Positions 1 through 9,359 are shown, numbered from the stretch's first letter. The stretch: DNA of 64,000 nucleotides from Anaerolineae bacterium (GCA_040772005.1 JAXGYZ010000013.1:8241-72240), one strand, 5' to 3'. Numbers and translations: made by a program. Notes: generated by a model from the sequence alone, not told the origin.

Positions 1-180
1 GCTGCCGACGATCTCTCCCCCGTCATCGCGCGCTACAAGCAGCGTAACGGCCGGCGACTCGATCATCTCGCCCAGCTCCGCGCGCGACGGCGCTGGGTTG
101 GAGGATGACAACTGCGGCATCAGCCGCCGAAAGGCCTCCACCAGTTCATCGGTCACCGCGGTCTGTCGTTCGATGTGCAT
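1..180 (-). CDS. GNAT family N-acetyltransferase (5' part; runs off window start)
   Basis: Manual translation from ATG at 180: MHIERQTAVTDELVEAFRRLMPQLSSSNPAPSRAELGEMIESPAVTLLVARDDGGEIVGS, a typical GNAT N-terminus; not in the ORF track. Confidence 0.7.
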   Translation of the reverse strand, partial: MHIERQTAVTDELVEAFRRLMPQLSSSNPAPSRAELGEMIESPAVTLLVARDDGGEIVGS

Positions 181-228
181 ATCATCGCTCTCCATCCATC
201 AGATGCTCAAGTTCCCCAATGGGTTACC

Positions 229-301
229 GATTGAAGATTACAGATTGAAGATTGAAGATTTCAGGAGCGAAGCGAAAATCTGTAATCTTCAATCTTCAAT
301 C
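229..301. repeat. Heptamer-based palindromic repeat (GATTGAA units)
   Basis: GATTGAAGATTACAGATTGAAGATTGAAGATTT...AAATCTGTAATCTTCAATCTTCAATC; the right arm contains the stop codon of the upstream gene. Confidence 0.85.
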
Positions 302-1366
302 GTATCGTCCCAGTTCCTTCGCCAGCGCGACCCACTGCCCGAACGTCTCCAGGCTCACCGAGTCCGGCACGGAGTGGTCGGAGCTGATGAGGTAGCCGCC
401 GTTCTGCTTCATCACCGGAACGACGCGGCGCATTTCCTCCCACAGCTTCTCCGGCTCGGTGTAAAGCACAGCGTTCAGTCCGCCGTGGAATGCCAGCCGG
501 TCGCCGTACTGCGCCTTGAGCGCCACCGGGTCCATGCCCGCCTTGACCTCGAGCGGGTTGAGCATGTCCAGCCCGATGTCGATCAGCTCCGGCACGAAGC
601 GGTTGATGTTGCCGCAGGAGTGCAGCCGCGCCTTGATGCCCTTCTTGTGCGCCCACTCGATTGCGCGGGCGTGGACCGGCTTGAGCAGGTTGCGGTACAT
701 GCGCAGGGAGAAAAACTGCGTGCCCTTGTAGCCCATATCGTCATACCACATCGCCTCGTCGAAGCGGTAGCCCGCGTCCCACACCATGTCGAGCAGGGCC
801 AGGTTGACATCGAGGAAGTGGTTGAACATATCCACCAGCCATTCCGGCTGCTCGGCCAGCGCGATGAGCACGCGTTCGGTGCCGACAACCCACGAATGGG
901 TGACGTCGAACCCGAACCAGAGCAGCGCGCGCAGCCAGTAACCTTCCTCGCGCCAGCGCTTGTAGTTCTGTTCGAGGTGGGCCCACGGGATGCGGTCGCG
1001 GCTCGGTGCCATGCGCGCCTTTGCTGCGGCCCACGAGTCCGGATCGACGATGGTGTGCGCCAGGAACTCCGGCACGCCGCCGGCATGGGTCCAGTCGCGC
1101 ATGGTCGTCCCGAAGCGGCTCGTATGGATGCGGTACTCAGGCGTTTCTTCGAGCACTTGCTCGGGGTACTGTGGGCTGTTATCGACCGCGATCGTCGCAA
1201 ACTTGTCCAGCCCGAAGTAGTCGTCGAAGCGGACGCCCTCCGGCATCCCTTCGCGATGCCAGCGTTCGATCGTAGATTTCCACGGGTCGTCGGTGACGGG
1301 CACGCGGTCAGCTTCCTGGTGCGCGTACATGCGCTGCATGCGTTCGTGGGTGGTCATCTCGGCCAT
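296..1366 (-). CDS. Uroporphyrinogen decarboxylase / MtaA-CmuA family protein
   Basis: ERM..DRVP N-terminus, YDDMG, LHSCG, LAFHGGL, GGYLISSDHSVP; start moved to ATG 1366 after GAGGAG. Confidence 0.8.
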   Translation of the reverse strand: MAEMTTHERMQRMYAHQEADRVPVTDDPWKSTIERWHREGMPEGVRFDDYFGLDKFATIAVDNSPQYPEQVLEETPEYRIHTSRFGTTMRDWTHAGGVPEFLAHTIVDPDSWAAAKARMAPSRDRIPWAHLEQNYKRWREEGYWLRALLWFGFDVTHSWVVGTERVLIALAEQPEWLVDMFNHFLDVNLALLDMVWDAGYRFDEAMWYDDMGYKGTQFFSLRMYRNLLKPVHARAIEWAHKKGIKARLHSCGNINRFVPELIDIGLDMLNPLEVKAGMDPVALKAQYGDRLAFHGGLNAVLYTEPEKLWEEMRRVVPVMKQNGGYLISSDHSVPDSVSLETFGQWVALAKELGRYD

Positions 1367-1471
1367 GACGGTTGCTCCTCGGGGTGGGTTGGTTGGGATG
1401 CTCATGCCGCGTTTGACTTGTTATGAGTGAGTATAAGCGGAGCGGGGAGCTTTGTCACATTTTGGATGTTA

Positions 1472-3823
1472 TCAGCGGAACAGGCTCTCTGCCGGGGCGC
1501 GGCGGAAGTGTACGCGGTAGGCGGCGGACTCCGCGAGTGCGGCGGACAGCCGGCTGCCGATCGCCGCGCGCGTGGCATCGGCAGCCAGCCAGCCGCTGCC
1601 GGCTGCGAGGAGCAGGTCGGGGCCATTCGCGCTGGCAGCCAGTTGGCCCGCGGCAGCCAGCCACTCCAGCCCAAGCCGCACCGCGGTCTCGGTCTGCGCG
1701 GTCGCCGCAGCCAGCGCAGCCGGCGTCGTCCGGCCCGCACGCGCGTTGACGACGTGCCTGACCAGCCCCGCCAGGCGGCGCAGGAACGCCTCCGGCTGGT
1801 CGACGTGCGGGTCTTGGCCCACGAGGTAAACGTGCGCCGGCTGGACGCGCGCGACAGCCGCGCGCAGCTCCGCCGGGCCGGGCGGTGCAGTCCAGACGAT
1901 GAGGTCGGCTGCGGGTGTCAGGGCCTGGCGGTCCTGCCCCACGATAGCGCCTGTGCCGCCCTCACACCAGACGGCCGCGCTGCCAGAAGCCAGCAGTTCG
2001 GCCAGCACCGTCTGGGGCGCGGCTGCCGACCGGTAGTCCGTGATTTCGAAGGGCAGGCCAGCGCGCACTACAACGGGTTCCGCGCCCGCGCTGGGCCGGA
2101 CCGCGGTTAGCTCTACCTGCACGTCGCGCTGGCCGCGATAGGTGCTGGACCGGGCCACGTACGCCAGGTCGAACAGGCCCTCCGGCGCTGTCTCATCGCC
2201 GCCGTCCCACCACACGACGGAGCGTTCATTGCCCGCCTCGTCCGTGACGAGCAGCACCCGGTGTTCATCGTTGCGGCCCACCTGCCGGTCCGCCTTGACC
2301 CGCAGCCGTTCTGCAACGAGCACCAGGGGGGGATTGCCCGGCCCGAAGGGCGCGAGGCGGGCCAGGTCGTCTGCCAGGTCTAGCGATAGGTCGGCCAGCG
2401 GCAGGCGGCCGTCGATGAGCAGGCCCGCGTCGCGCTGGTCCTGCCGGCGCGCTTCCACGGCGCGCAGAAAACCCCGCCGGAAGTCACCGATGTGCTCCGG
2501 GGGGATGGTGAAGCCCGCAGCCATCGGATGCCCGCCGTAACCGGTGAGCAGGTGGGCCTGCGTGGCAATCGCCTCGGTGATGTGCAGTCCCTCGACCGAG
2601 CGGGCGGAAGCGCGGCCCAGCCCGCCTGCGGGCGTCGCGATGAGGATGGCCGGCTTGCCGTAGGCCTCGACCAGCCGGCTGGCGACGATGCCGATGACGC
2701 CGGGCGGCCAGTGCGGGCTCTCCAGTACGAGGGCAGGCGCGTCGAGCAGGGCCGGGTCGCGCTGAATCTGGGCCTCGGCCGCGCGCTCCACGGCATCGCA
2801 TTCCAGCTTGCGCCGGGCGTTGAGCGTCTGGAGGTCGGCTGCGATGATGCGCGCGCGCGTGAGGTCCTGGCGCAGCCGGTCGGTGGTGCGCGGGCCGCCC
2901 TCACCGAGGGTCAGCAGCTCGACACAGGGCGTCGCGTCCGCCAGCCGGCCCGCCGCGTTCAGCCGGGGCCCGATGACGAAGCCGATGTGCTCCTCCGAGA
3001 GGTGGGCCGGGTCCAGCTCCGCGGTCTCCATCAACACCTGCAGGCCGAGCCGCTGCGTCCGGCGGAGCGCGGCCAACCCGCGTTGCAGCAGATAGCGCGT
3101 GTCCCCGCGCTGCACCGCGAGGTCGGCCACGATGCCGAGCGCGACGAGGTCCAGCAGCCGCGCCGCGTCATCCGACCGTCGCGCCCAGTCATACAGCCCT
3201 TCGGCCAGCTTGTATGCGACGCCCACGCCCGGCAGGTCGTACAGGGGGTGGGGAGTGTCAGCGTGGGGCGTCGTCAATTTCGGGCTGATGACCGCGACGG
3301 CATCCGGCAGCGTGGTGGGCAGGTCGTGGTGGTCGGTGATGATCATGTCCACGCGGCGGCTGCGCGCGTGATTCACCGCCTCATGGGCCGCAATGCCGGT
3401 GTCGCACGTCAGGATCAGCCGCGCGCCCGCGTCGATGACCCGGTCCAGCGCAGGGAGGCTGATGCCGTGACCCTCGGCCTCGCGGTTCGGCACGTGGTAG
3501 GTGACATCCGCGCCGAGGTCCCGCAGACATGAGACGAGCAGCGCGGTGGCCGTCTGCCCGTCCACATCGAAGTCGCCCCAGACGCAGATGGGTTCGCGGC
3601 CGCGGACCGCGCGGCCCAGCCGCGTAACTGCGCGGGCCATGCCCGGCAGTTCGCTGTAAGGGGCAGGGGCGTAGGCGGCGGGGTCGAGGAAGGCACGGGC
3701 CGCGGCCACGTCTGCGAACCCGCGGCGGACGAGCGTCTCCGCGACGAGCGGATGCCCGCCGGCGGCCTCACGCAGCGCCTCCGGCACGCTGACCGGCGCG
3801 GGCAGCAGCCAGGGACGGGTCAA
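1472..3823 (-). CDS. recJ: Single-stranded-DNA-specific exonuclease RecJ with C-terminal extension
   Basis: GDFDVDG, TCDTGI, ITDHH, GPRLNAAGRL, SARS, GGHPMAAG, PFGPGNP; TTG start overlaps the nuclease stop. Confidence 0.92.
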   Translation of the reverse strand: MTRPWLLPAPVSVPEALREAAGGHPLVAETLVRRGFADVAAARAFLDPAAYAPAPYSELPGMARAVTRLGRAVRGREPICVWGDFDVDGQTATALLVSCLRDLGADVTYHVPNREAEGHGISLPALDRVIDAGARLILTCDTGIAAHEAVNHARSRRVDMIITDHHDLPTTLPDAVAVISPKLTTPHADTPHPLYDLPGVGVAYKLAEGLYDWARRSDDAARLLDLVALGIVADLAVQRGDTRYLLQRGLAALRRTQRLGLQVLMETAELDPAHLSEEHIGFVIGPRLNAAGRLADATPCVELLTLGEGGPRTTDRLRQDLTRARIIAADLQTLNARRKLECDAVERAAEAQIQRDPALLDAPALVLESPHWPPGVIGIVASRLVEAYGKPAILIATPAGGLGRASARSVEGLHITEAIATQAHLLTGYGGHPMAAGFTIPPEHIGDFRRGFLRAVEARRQDQRDAGLLIDGRLPLADLSLDLADDLARLAPFGPGNPPLVLVAERLRVKADRQVGRNDEHRVLLVTDEAGNERSVVWWDGGDETAPEGLFDLAYVARSSTYRGQRDVQVELTAVRPSAGAEPVVVRAGLPFEITDYRSAAAPQTVLAELLASGSAAVWCEGGTGAIVGQDRQALTPAADLIVWTAPPGPAELRAAVARVQPAHVYLVGQDPHVDQPEAFLRRLAGLVRHVVNARAGRTTPAALAAATAQTETAVRLGLEWLAAAGQLAASANGPDLLLAAGSGWLAADATRAAIGSRLSAALAESAAYRVHFRRAPAESLFR

Positions 3824-4713
3824 AAGGCAATCTCCCCGATCTGCTCGAAGTCGATCTGGTTCAGCCAGTCGCGCTCCGGCTCCGGCTCGACATCCTCCGG
3901 GGTCTGCTCGGTCATGTCGCCTGCCTCCGCCCCGCGGTCGCAGAGCGAACGGTACGGGCAGAAGCGGCAGCGCCGGACATCGTCCGTCTTGGGGAACGCG
4001 GCCTCGTCATCGCCGTCTGCGGTGGCCGCCGTCGCAATCTCGTTGACCAGGTTGAGCAGGTAGCGGCCGTCTGCGCGGTACTGCTCGTCGCTGTACGGCA
4101 GCCGCTCCGGCTGGCCGGGATGGTTGGCGAACCAGTACAGCATGGTAATCTGGCCGGGCAGCAGCGGCTGGTCGCCGTTGAGGTGCGCGCCCGCGGTCGC
4201 GAGAACGTAGCGGTACACGCGCGTCTGGAGCCGCGCGTTGAGCCGTGCCTGCTTGGGCCGGTGTTGACCGGTCTTCCAGTCCACGATGACCGCTTGCTGG
4301 CCTGGCTGCACTGCGATGAGGTCATACTTTGCCACGATGCGGTACTCGCCCGCGGGCACGGAGAGCGTGATTTCCGGATGGCGCGCCGGCGGCAGGTCGG
4401 TTGGGCCGGCAGCGAGGTAGTTCTGCCACCAGGTCAGCAGGCGGCGTTCATCGCCCGCGTCCGCGGCCTCGTCGTCGATGCCGCCGGCCAGCGCGGTGAG
4501 CCGCTCCACGGGCAGGCCGAGCTGGTGCTGGTGGATGAGCCGGTGGAAGGCCTCGCCCGCAGCCACGTGCGCCTCATATTCGTCGATCGGCTCCGCCTCG
4601 ACCGCGGGCCACGCGAGCTGGTAGATGTATCGCAACAGAAAGCGCCGCTTGCACTCCACATAATCCTGGAGGCTGGCCTGGCTGAACTGGAACTCAGGTG
4701 GAAGGATGCTCAT
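3820..4713 (-). CDS. Stand-alone PD-(D/E)XK nuclease, RecB/AddB/Cas4-like, with four-Cys Fe-S motif
   Basis: FSQASLQDYVEC, AKYDLI, IVDWKTG, Q-x3-Y, C-terminal CRFCPYRSLC; ATG 4713 with AGGAG RBS. Confidence 0.85.
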   Translation of the reverse strand: MSILPPEFQFSQASLQDYVECKRRFLLRYIYQLAWPAVEAEPIDEYEAHVAAGEAFHRLIHQHQLGLPVERLTALAGGIDDEAADAGDERRLLTWWQNYLAAGPTDLPPARHPEITLSVPAGEYRIVAKYDLIAVQPGQQAVIVDWKTGQHRPKQARLNARLQTRVYRYVLATAGAHLNGDQPLLPGQITMLYWFANHPGQPERLPYSDEQYRADGRYLLNLVNEIATAATADGDDEAAFPKTDDVRRCRFCPYRSLCDRGAEAGDMTEQTPEDVEPEPERDWLNQIDFEQIGEIAF

Positions 4714-4715
4714 GG

Positions 4716-6965
4716 TCAGGCTGTCTCCTGGGAACGTCGGGATTGCCACCAGGTCTGCAACGCAATGAACGGCACGGCGGGCTGCGCACGGTGCGTCGCC
4801 GAACGGCCCGTGTTCCACGTCACGATCAGGTCGCGCCGTGCGCGAGTGATGCCCACATACAGCAGCCGCAGCCGCTCGGCCGCGTAATCGAGCCGCGCCT
4901 GTTCGGTTGCCTCGCCCTCCGGGGGCGGCGGCTGGCCCTCGACAGCGGCGGCGAGTTGGGCCAGCGTCTCGGCTTCCAGGTTGAGCCGGTCACGGACGAA
5001 CCATCGCTCGGAGATGAAGCTGTCGCCCGGCATGGCCGAGGGGAAATCGTAGTTGTTGGCCGACAGCAGGTAGACGCGGTCCCATTCGAGGCCCTTCGCC
5101 TTGTGTGCTGTGGCGACCACCACCTTGCCCCGGTGGGCCTGCGGATCGAAGCCGGTGTCCTCGTCGGCCAGCCCCAGGAACTTGCGCTCGTTGCGCGCGA
5201 TGACGGCCAGTTCCTGCGTCAGTTCCGGCAGCCGCCAGTGCGGATGGCTGGCTGCGGACTGGCGCAGCACGGCGGCCAGCTTGTATGTCAGCGCGAGGTC
5301 CGCGGGCCGCTCGAAGATGTCCTGTCCCACGGTCAGCAGGAGCTGGTCGATGGGCAGCGTGGTCGCGGCCTGCCACCGCCGGACGAATACGCGGAACTCC
5401 GCCAGGTGTTCGCGCAGGTTGAGGTCGCCGTCGCCCTCGGCCAGCGGCACCGCGTCGAGCGCCTCCGGGTCGGGCCGGGGCCAGACGAACGCCTCCACCT
5501 CGCGCACCTTGCGCAGCGCGCGGGTCGCCGCATCCAGTCGCACCCGTAAGTCCGGGTCCTCCCGGTCTGCCCGCCGCCACACCTCGTAGGCCCGCGCCAG
5601 CTTGGCCGGGGAGGCCGGGTCGGCCAGGTAATTGATGATGTTGCCGAGCGCGCCTGCGGTGTCACGGGTCGAGCGCGTGCTCTTGAGCATCTCGATGACC
5701 TCGGTCTTGCGGGCGCGCAGCGCATCCGCCACCTTTTCGCCGCGGTCTGTAATCGGGGACAACACCGCGACGGTCTGGTCCATGTGTTCCGGCAGCCACT
5801 GCACGATTGACCTGACCACGGCCTCGATTTCCTCGTCGGGCGTCAGTTTTCGACTGACCAGATGGATGGCCTCGGGCGCATCCGGCGGGTTGGGCTGCGG
5901 GTCGCCGGGCGGCGTCGGCTCAATGCGCGTCGGCGCGAGCGCATCACGGAGAGCGTCGATGGGGTGTTCGGTCCGGCTCCACTCGACGAGGTAGTTTGCC
6001 AGGGCCATGATGCTGGTGGTCGAGCGGCCAGAGTTGGGCAGCTCGCGCGCGGTCACATCTTCTGCGGCCAGGAAGTCGCGCAGGTAGCGCGGGCTGGCGG
6101 TGGTGAACGTCTCATAGATGGCTTGGTTCGGGTCACCGACGCGCACCCAGTTGCCGTTCGGGCCGGCGAGCAGGCGCAGGATTTCCTCCTGCAACCGGCT
6201 GGAGTCCTGCGCCTCGTCCTCCAGGATGTACGGCCAGCGGAAGCGGAGCCGCTGGAGGTAGTCCCCGTCCAGTTGGAGCGCGCTGAGCGCCAGGCGGATC
6301 AGGTCGTCGTAGTCCACCGCGCCGCGATAGTTGAGGCTGCGTTGATAGTCGGCGTAGATGGCGAAGCCCATGTCCAGCAGGGGCACGTCATCCTCGATTT
6401 CCGCCAGGATGTCCAGCGCCATGTCGGGCGTAATCTGAAGGTCCTTCGCCATGCCGATGAAGGCCAGCGCAATGTCGGTCACGAGGCGCGGCCAGTGGTC
6501 GCGGCGCACCCAGTCGGCCTTCCGCTCGTCGATGGCCGGGTCGAGCCACCGCGTCAGGCTGTCGGGGTTTGCGCTGACCCAGGCCTCGACCGCGTCGCGC
6601 AGAATCTGGCTCGCCTCCCGTTCGTCCACGATGGCGAAATCTTCGGCCAGGCCGACCAGCCCGGGCCGCTCGCGCACGATGTCGTATGCCAGCCCGTGCA
6701 GCGTGCGCACGCGGTAGCCGACATCGAGCAAGCCGAGTTCTTTGACGAATTGGCCTACTCGCAGCGCGAAGTTGTCAACGGCTGAGTTGACGAGCGTCAC
6801 GATCAGGATTTCCTGGTCATCGGCCAGGCTCGTTTCCGCGACCAGCCTGGCTGCCAGCGCGGAGAGCACCTGCGTCTTGCCGCTGCCCGGCACCGCGGAC
6901 ACGCCCATCTTGCCGCCGGTATAGGCCAGGACTTCGGCCTGCTTGGGTCGGGGTGTGAACATCAT
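4716..6965 (-). CDS. UvrD/Rep/AddA-like SF1A ATP-dependent helicase with intact motifs
   Basis: AVPGSGKT, RTLHG, EDEAQD, VGDPNQAIY, GRS, TAHKAKGLEWD, RLLYVGITRAR; no fused nuclease domain. Confidence 0.9.
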   Translation of the reverse strand: MMFTPRPKQAEVLAYTGGKMGVSAVPGSGKTQVLSALAARLVAETSLADDQEILIVTLVNSAVDNFALRVGQFVKELGLLDVGYRVRTLHGLAYDIVRERPGLVGLAEDFAIVDEREASQILRDAVEAWVSANPDSLTRWLDPAIDERKADWVRRDHWPRLVTDIALAFIGMAKDLQITPDMALDILAEIEDDVPLLDMGFAIYADYQRSLNYRGAVDYDDLIRLALSALQLDGDYLQRLRFRWPYILEDEAQDSSRLQEEILRLLAGPNGNWVRVGDPNQAIYETFTTASPRYLRDFLAAEDVTARELPNSGRSTTSIMALANYLVEWSRTEHPIDALRDALAPTRIEPTPPGDPQPNPPDAPEAIHLVSRKLTPDEEIEAVVRSIVQWLPEHMDQTVAVLSPITDRGEKVADALRARKTEVIEMLKSTRSTRDTAGALGNIINYLADPASPAKLARAYEVWRRADREDPDLRVRLDAATRALRKVREVEAFVWPRPDPEALDAVPLAEGDGDLNLREHLAEFRVFVRRWQAATTLPIDQLLLTVGQDIFERPADLALTYKLAAVLRQSAASHPHWRLPELTQELAVIARNERKFLGLADEDTGFDPQAHRGKVVVATAHKAKGLEWDRVYLLSANNYDFPSAMPGDSFISERWFVRDRLNLEAETLAQLAAAVEGQPPPPEGEATEQARLDYAAERLRLLYVGITRARRDLIVTWNTGRSATHRAQPAVPFIALQTWWQSRRSQETA

Positions 6966-9359
6966 CTACCGGTTTCTCAGCACTTGCTGGATCGCGCGCA
7001 GGAGCGCGCCGCGCTGCTCGACGCCCGTCGCGCCCATCTGCGACCGGCCCAGGTGGATCTGCACCCGGCAGCGCCGCGTCAGGCCAATCACAAGGGCAGA
7101 CAGCGCCTCCTGCCGTGCAGCGTACTCGTCTGCATCCGTCCACTGCGCGGCCGCCTGCCAGCGGCGGCTCAGCACGTAGGGCTGGGTGAGCGGCTGGTAC
7201 AATCGCTCCCACCAGCCGCTGCTGCCCACGTCGAGCCAGAACTGGTGATCGACCGGCCGGTTGCTCATCAGAAAGGTGTAGGCCGGTGCGACCAGCACCG
7301 CGTCCTCCGGCTGGCGCTGCCAACTGCGGATGTACTGCGCCGCGACCACGCCGTCCTGCACGAGCTCGACCCACTCCCGGCCCAGGTCTGCCGGAATGAA
7401 CTGCTCGACCGCGCTAGTGCTTCCGCTGGCAGCGGGAACCAGGGCCTGCGGCTGGCTCGCGGTGCGCGCGGCCGGACGTCCACCGGCCGGCTCGCCCTCC
7501 GCCAGTTGCATCACCTGGCGGAACTTGCGCGCCGACTCGATGACGTTGGCGGTGATTTCGCCCGCGTCGAAGCTGCCGTGGAACGCATAGCCGGGCTGCG
7601 ACAGCAGCTCACCGAACAATCGCGAGAGGAAGTGGTCCAGCTCCGCGGTGCGCCGTTTGGCCGCCTTGCGATCGCGTGCATCGCGCACCGGGGCGCGGCT
7701 GGCCGCGGCCTGGAGCTTTGCGTTCGCACTCAGCCAGGTGCGCAGCCCCTCGTACCGTCCGCCGAGCAGGAAGGTGAGCCGTTCCTGCATCTCCGGCTCG
7801 ATCTCGTCGAACCCGTTGAGGTCGGCCTCGCCGTCCTGCGCCCGGTACGCGATCTCGGCCAGCAGTTGCGCGCGCACCAGGTCCATGTCGTTGACGGACA
7901 GCATCAGCGCGTGCGCCACGTCGTGCCGGGTCGGCTGCGTGCGCCAGTGTGGATGGCAGAGCTGCGCCAGCGTCAGCAGGGCCAGGGTCGCCGGTTCTTC
8001 CGCCAGCGCGCGCGACGGGCGGTGCGAGCGCACCGGCACGCCGTAGGCTGCGAGCCGGGTCTCCAGCGAGAAGCGCAGCCCGCCGGTCATAAACGGGCTG
8101 AGCACCGCGATCTCGCCCGGCGGCACGCCCTCGTCGTTCACCAGCCCCGCGATGCGCTCCGCAACCCAGTCAAGCATCTGCGGGTGGAAGCGGTGAGGGG
8201 CATAGTCGAGCGCGGGGAGGGCGGGCCTCACCCCCCCGCCCCCCTCTCCCGAAACTGCGGTTTCGGGAGAGGGGGGAGATCCCACCGTTCGATCCTTAGC
8301 CTCCCCCTCTCCTGACGCTGCGTCAGGAGAGGGGGGCGGGGGGGTGAGGCTCAGCTCCTGCGGCGGGGGCGCAGCCTCCCCTGGCCGCACGCGCAGCACG
8401 CGGCGCAGCCGTTCGCTCAGGTCTGCGACATCGGGCGACATGACGAACGACTCGGTGAACGCGATGTGCTCCTCGCACGCGTCCTTCAGCCGGTACGCGC
8501 TGGTTGGGTCCGCGGCCAGGAAGCGGCGATACCCGGCGCCCGTATCGTAGATGACCAGGGCGGAGCGGGCTGCGGGCAGCCATTCAAGCAGCGTGTCGTG
8601 GCTGACGGGCGTGTCCTCCTCCGTGTTGTCGATGACGAGATGGCGGTAGCGGCCCTGCAGATAGTCGCGGCACTTGGCCAGCGGCCACAGATGGCGTGTG
8701 AAGACCTCGATCTGGAGCGAGAAGTCCAGGAGGTTGTGCGCCAGGCAGTATTGCCGGAAGCGGTTGGCGCACTCCTGGGCCTCATCGTAGACGCGCAACT
8801 GGCTCGACTCACCCACCCACGCGGCCTTCAGCCGTGCGCCGATTTCGGTGTAGTCATAGCCGACCGATGCCGCCTTCGCCAGGTTATCGAGAATCTGGCT
8901 GTAGAGGCGGTTGCGGTTGACTGTGATCGAGTCGAAGTAGCCTTCATCCAGCAGCGGGCGCACGATCCGCGCCATGAAGTACTGCGCGGTTTCGAGTGTC
9001 AGGAAGACCGGCGGACGGTCGGGACGGCCGAAGCCTGCCGCGAACGAGACCAGGGGCCAGAATAGCTCGGTCATGCGCTGCGCGAGGCCGCCCATCGTCA
9101 ACACTGTGACCTCGCCGCCTGCGGGGGTGGAGGGGTGGCGCAGCATCTCCGTGTACGGGCCGGCCAGCGTACGCTGGGGCAGGATCACCAGGATCTGGTC
9201 GCCGGGCACGCCGGATTGCAGCAGGTGGCGGACGCGCGCGACGCCCGCGCGCGTCTTGCCCGTCCCTGCCGGTCCCTCCAGGAAGGCGCGGCGATCCGGC
9301 GGGAGCGTTGCCACGGCGCTCTGCGCTTCGGTCAATGGTAAGTTATAGGGTGACGCCAC
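6966..9359 (-). CDS. Degenerate UvrD-like helicase (putative partner subunit)
   Basis: Walker A GPAGTGKT kept; motif II reads IDNTEED; GVPPGEIAVLSP and LTRRCR match SF1A motif positions; abuts the next helicase. Confidence 0.75.
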   Translation of the reverse strand: MASPYNLPLTEAQSAVATLPPDRRAFLEGPAGTGKTRAGVARVRHLLQSGVPGDQILVILPQRTLAGPYTEMLRHPSTPAGGEVTVLTMGGLAQRMTELFWPLVSFAAGFGRPDRPPVFLTLETAQYFMARIVRPLLDEGYFDSITVNRNRLYSQILDNLAKAASVGYDYTEIGARLKAAWVGESSQLRVYDEAQECANRFRQYCLAHNLLDFSLQIEVFTRHLWPLAKCRDYLQGRYRHLVIDNTEEDTPVSHDTLLEWLPAARSALVIYDTGAGYRRFLAADPTSAYRLKDACEEHIAFTESFVMSPDVADLSERLRRVLRVRPGEAAPPPQELSLTPPPPSPDAASGEGEAKDRTVGSPPSPETAVSGEGGGGVRPALPALDYAPHRFHPQMLDWVAERIAGLVNDEGVPPGEIAVLSPFMTGGLRFSLETRLAAYGVPVRSHRPSRALAEEPATLALLTLAQLCHPHWRTQPTRHDVAHALMLSVNDMDLVRAQLLAEIAYRAQDGEADLNGFDEIEPEMQERLTFLLGGRYEGLRTWLSANAKLQAAASRAPVRDARDRKAAKRRTAELDHFLSRLFGELLSQPGYAFHGSFDAGEITANVIESARKFRQVMQLAEGEPAGGRPAARTASQPQALVPAASGSTSAVEQFIPADLGREWVELVQDGVVAAQYIRSWQRQPEDAVLVAPAYTFLMSNRPVDHQFWLDVGSSGWWERLYQPLTQPYVLSRRWQAAAQWTDADEYAARQEALSALVIGLTRRCRVQIHLGRSQMGATGVEQRGALLRAIQQVLRNR
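8225..8350. repeat. 126-bp REP-like double palindrome inside the helicase-like gene
   Basis: GCCTCACCCC...CCCCTCTCCCGAAAC-GTTTCGGGAGAGGGG...CCCCTCTCCTGACGC-GCGTCAGGAGAGGGG...GGGGTGAGGC; length is a multiple of 3. Confidence 0.85.

Noticed and set aside
3820-4713. Cas4-like nuclease as a sign of CRISPR-Cas
   Set aside because: No cas1/cas2 and no repeat-spacer array in the window; the context is helicases and recJ
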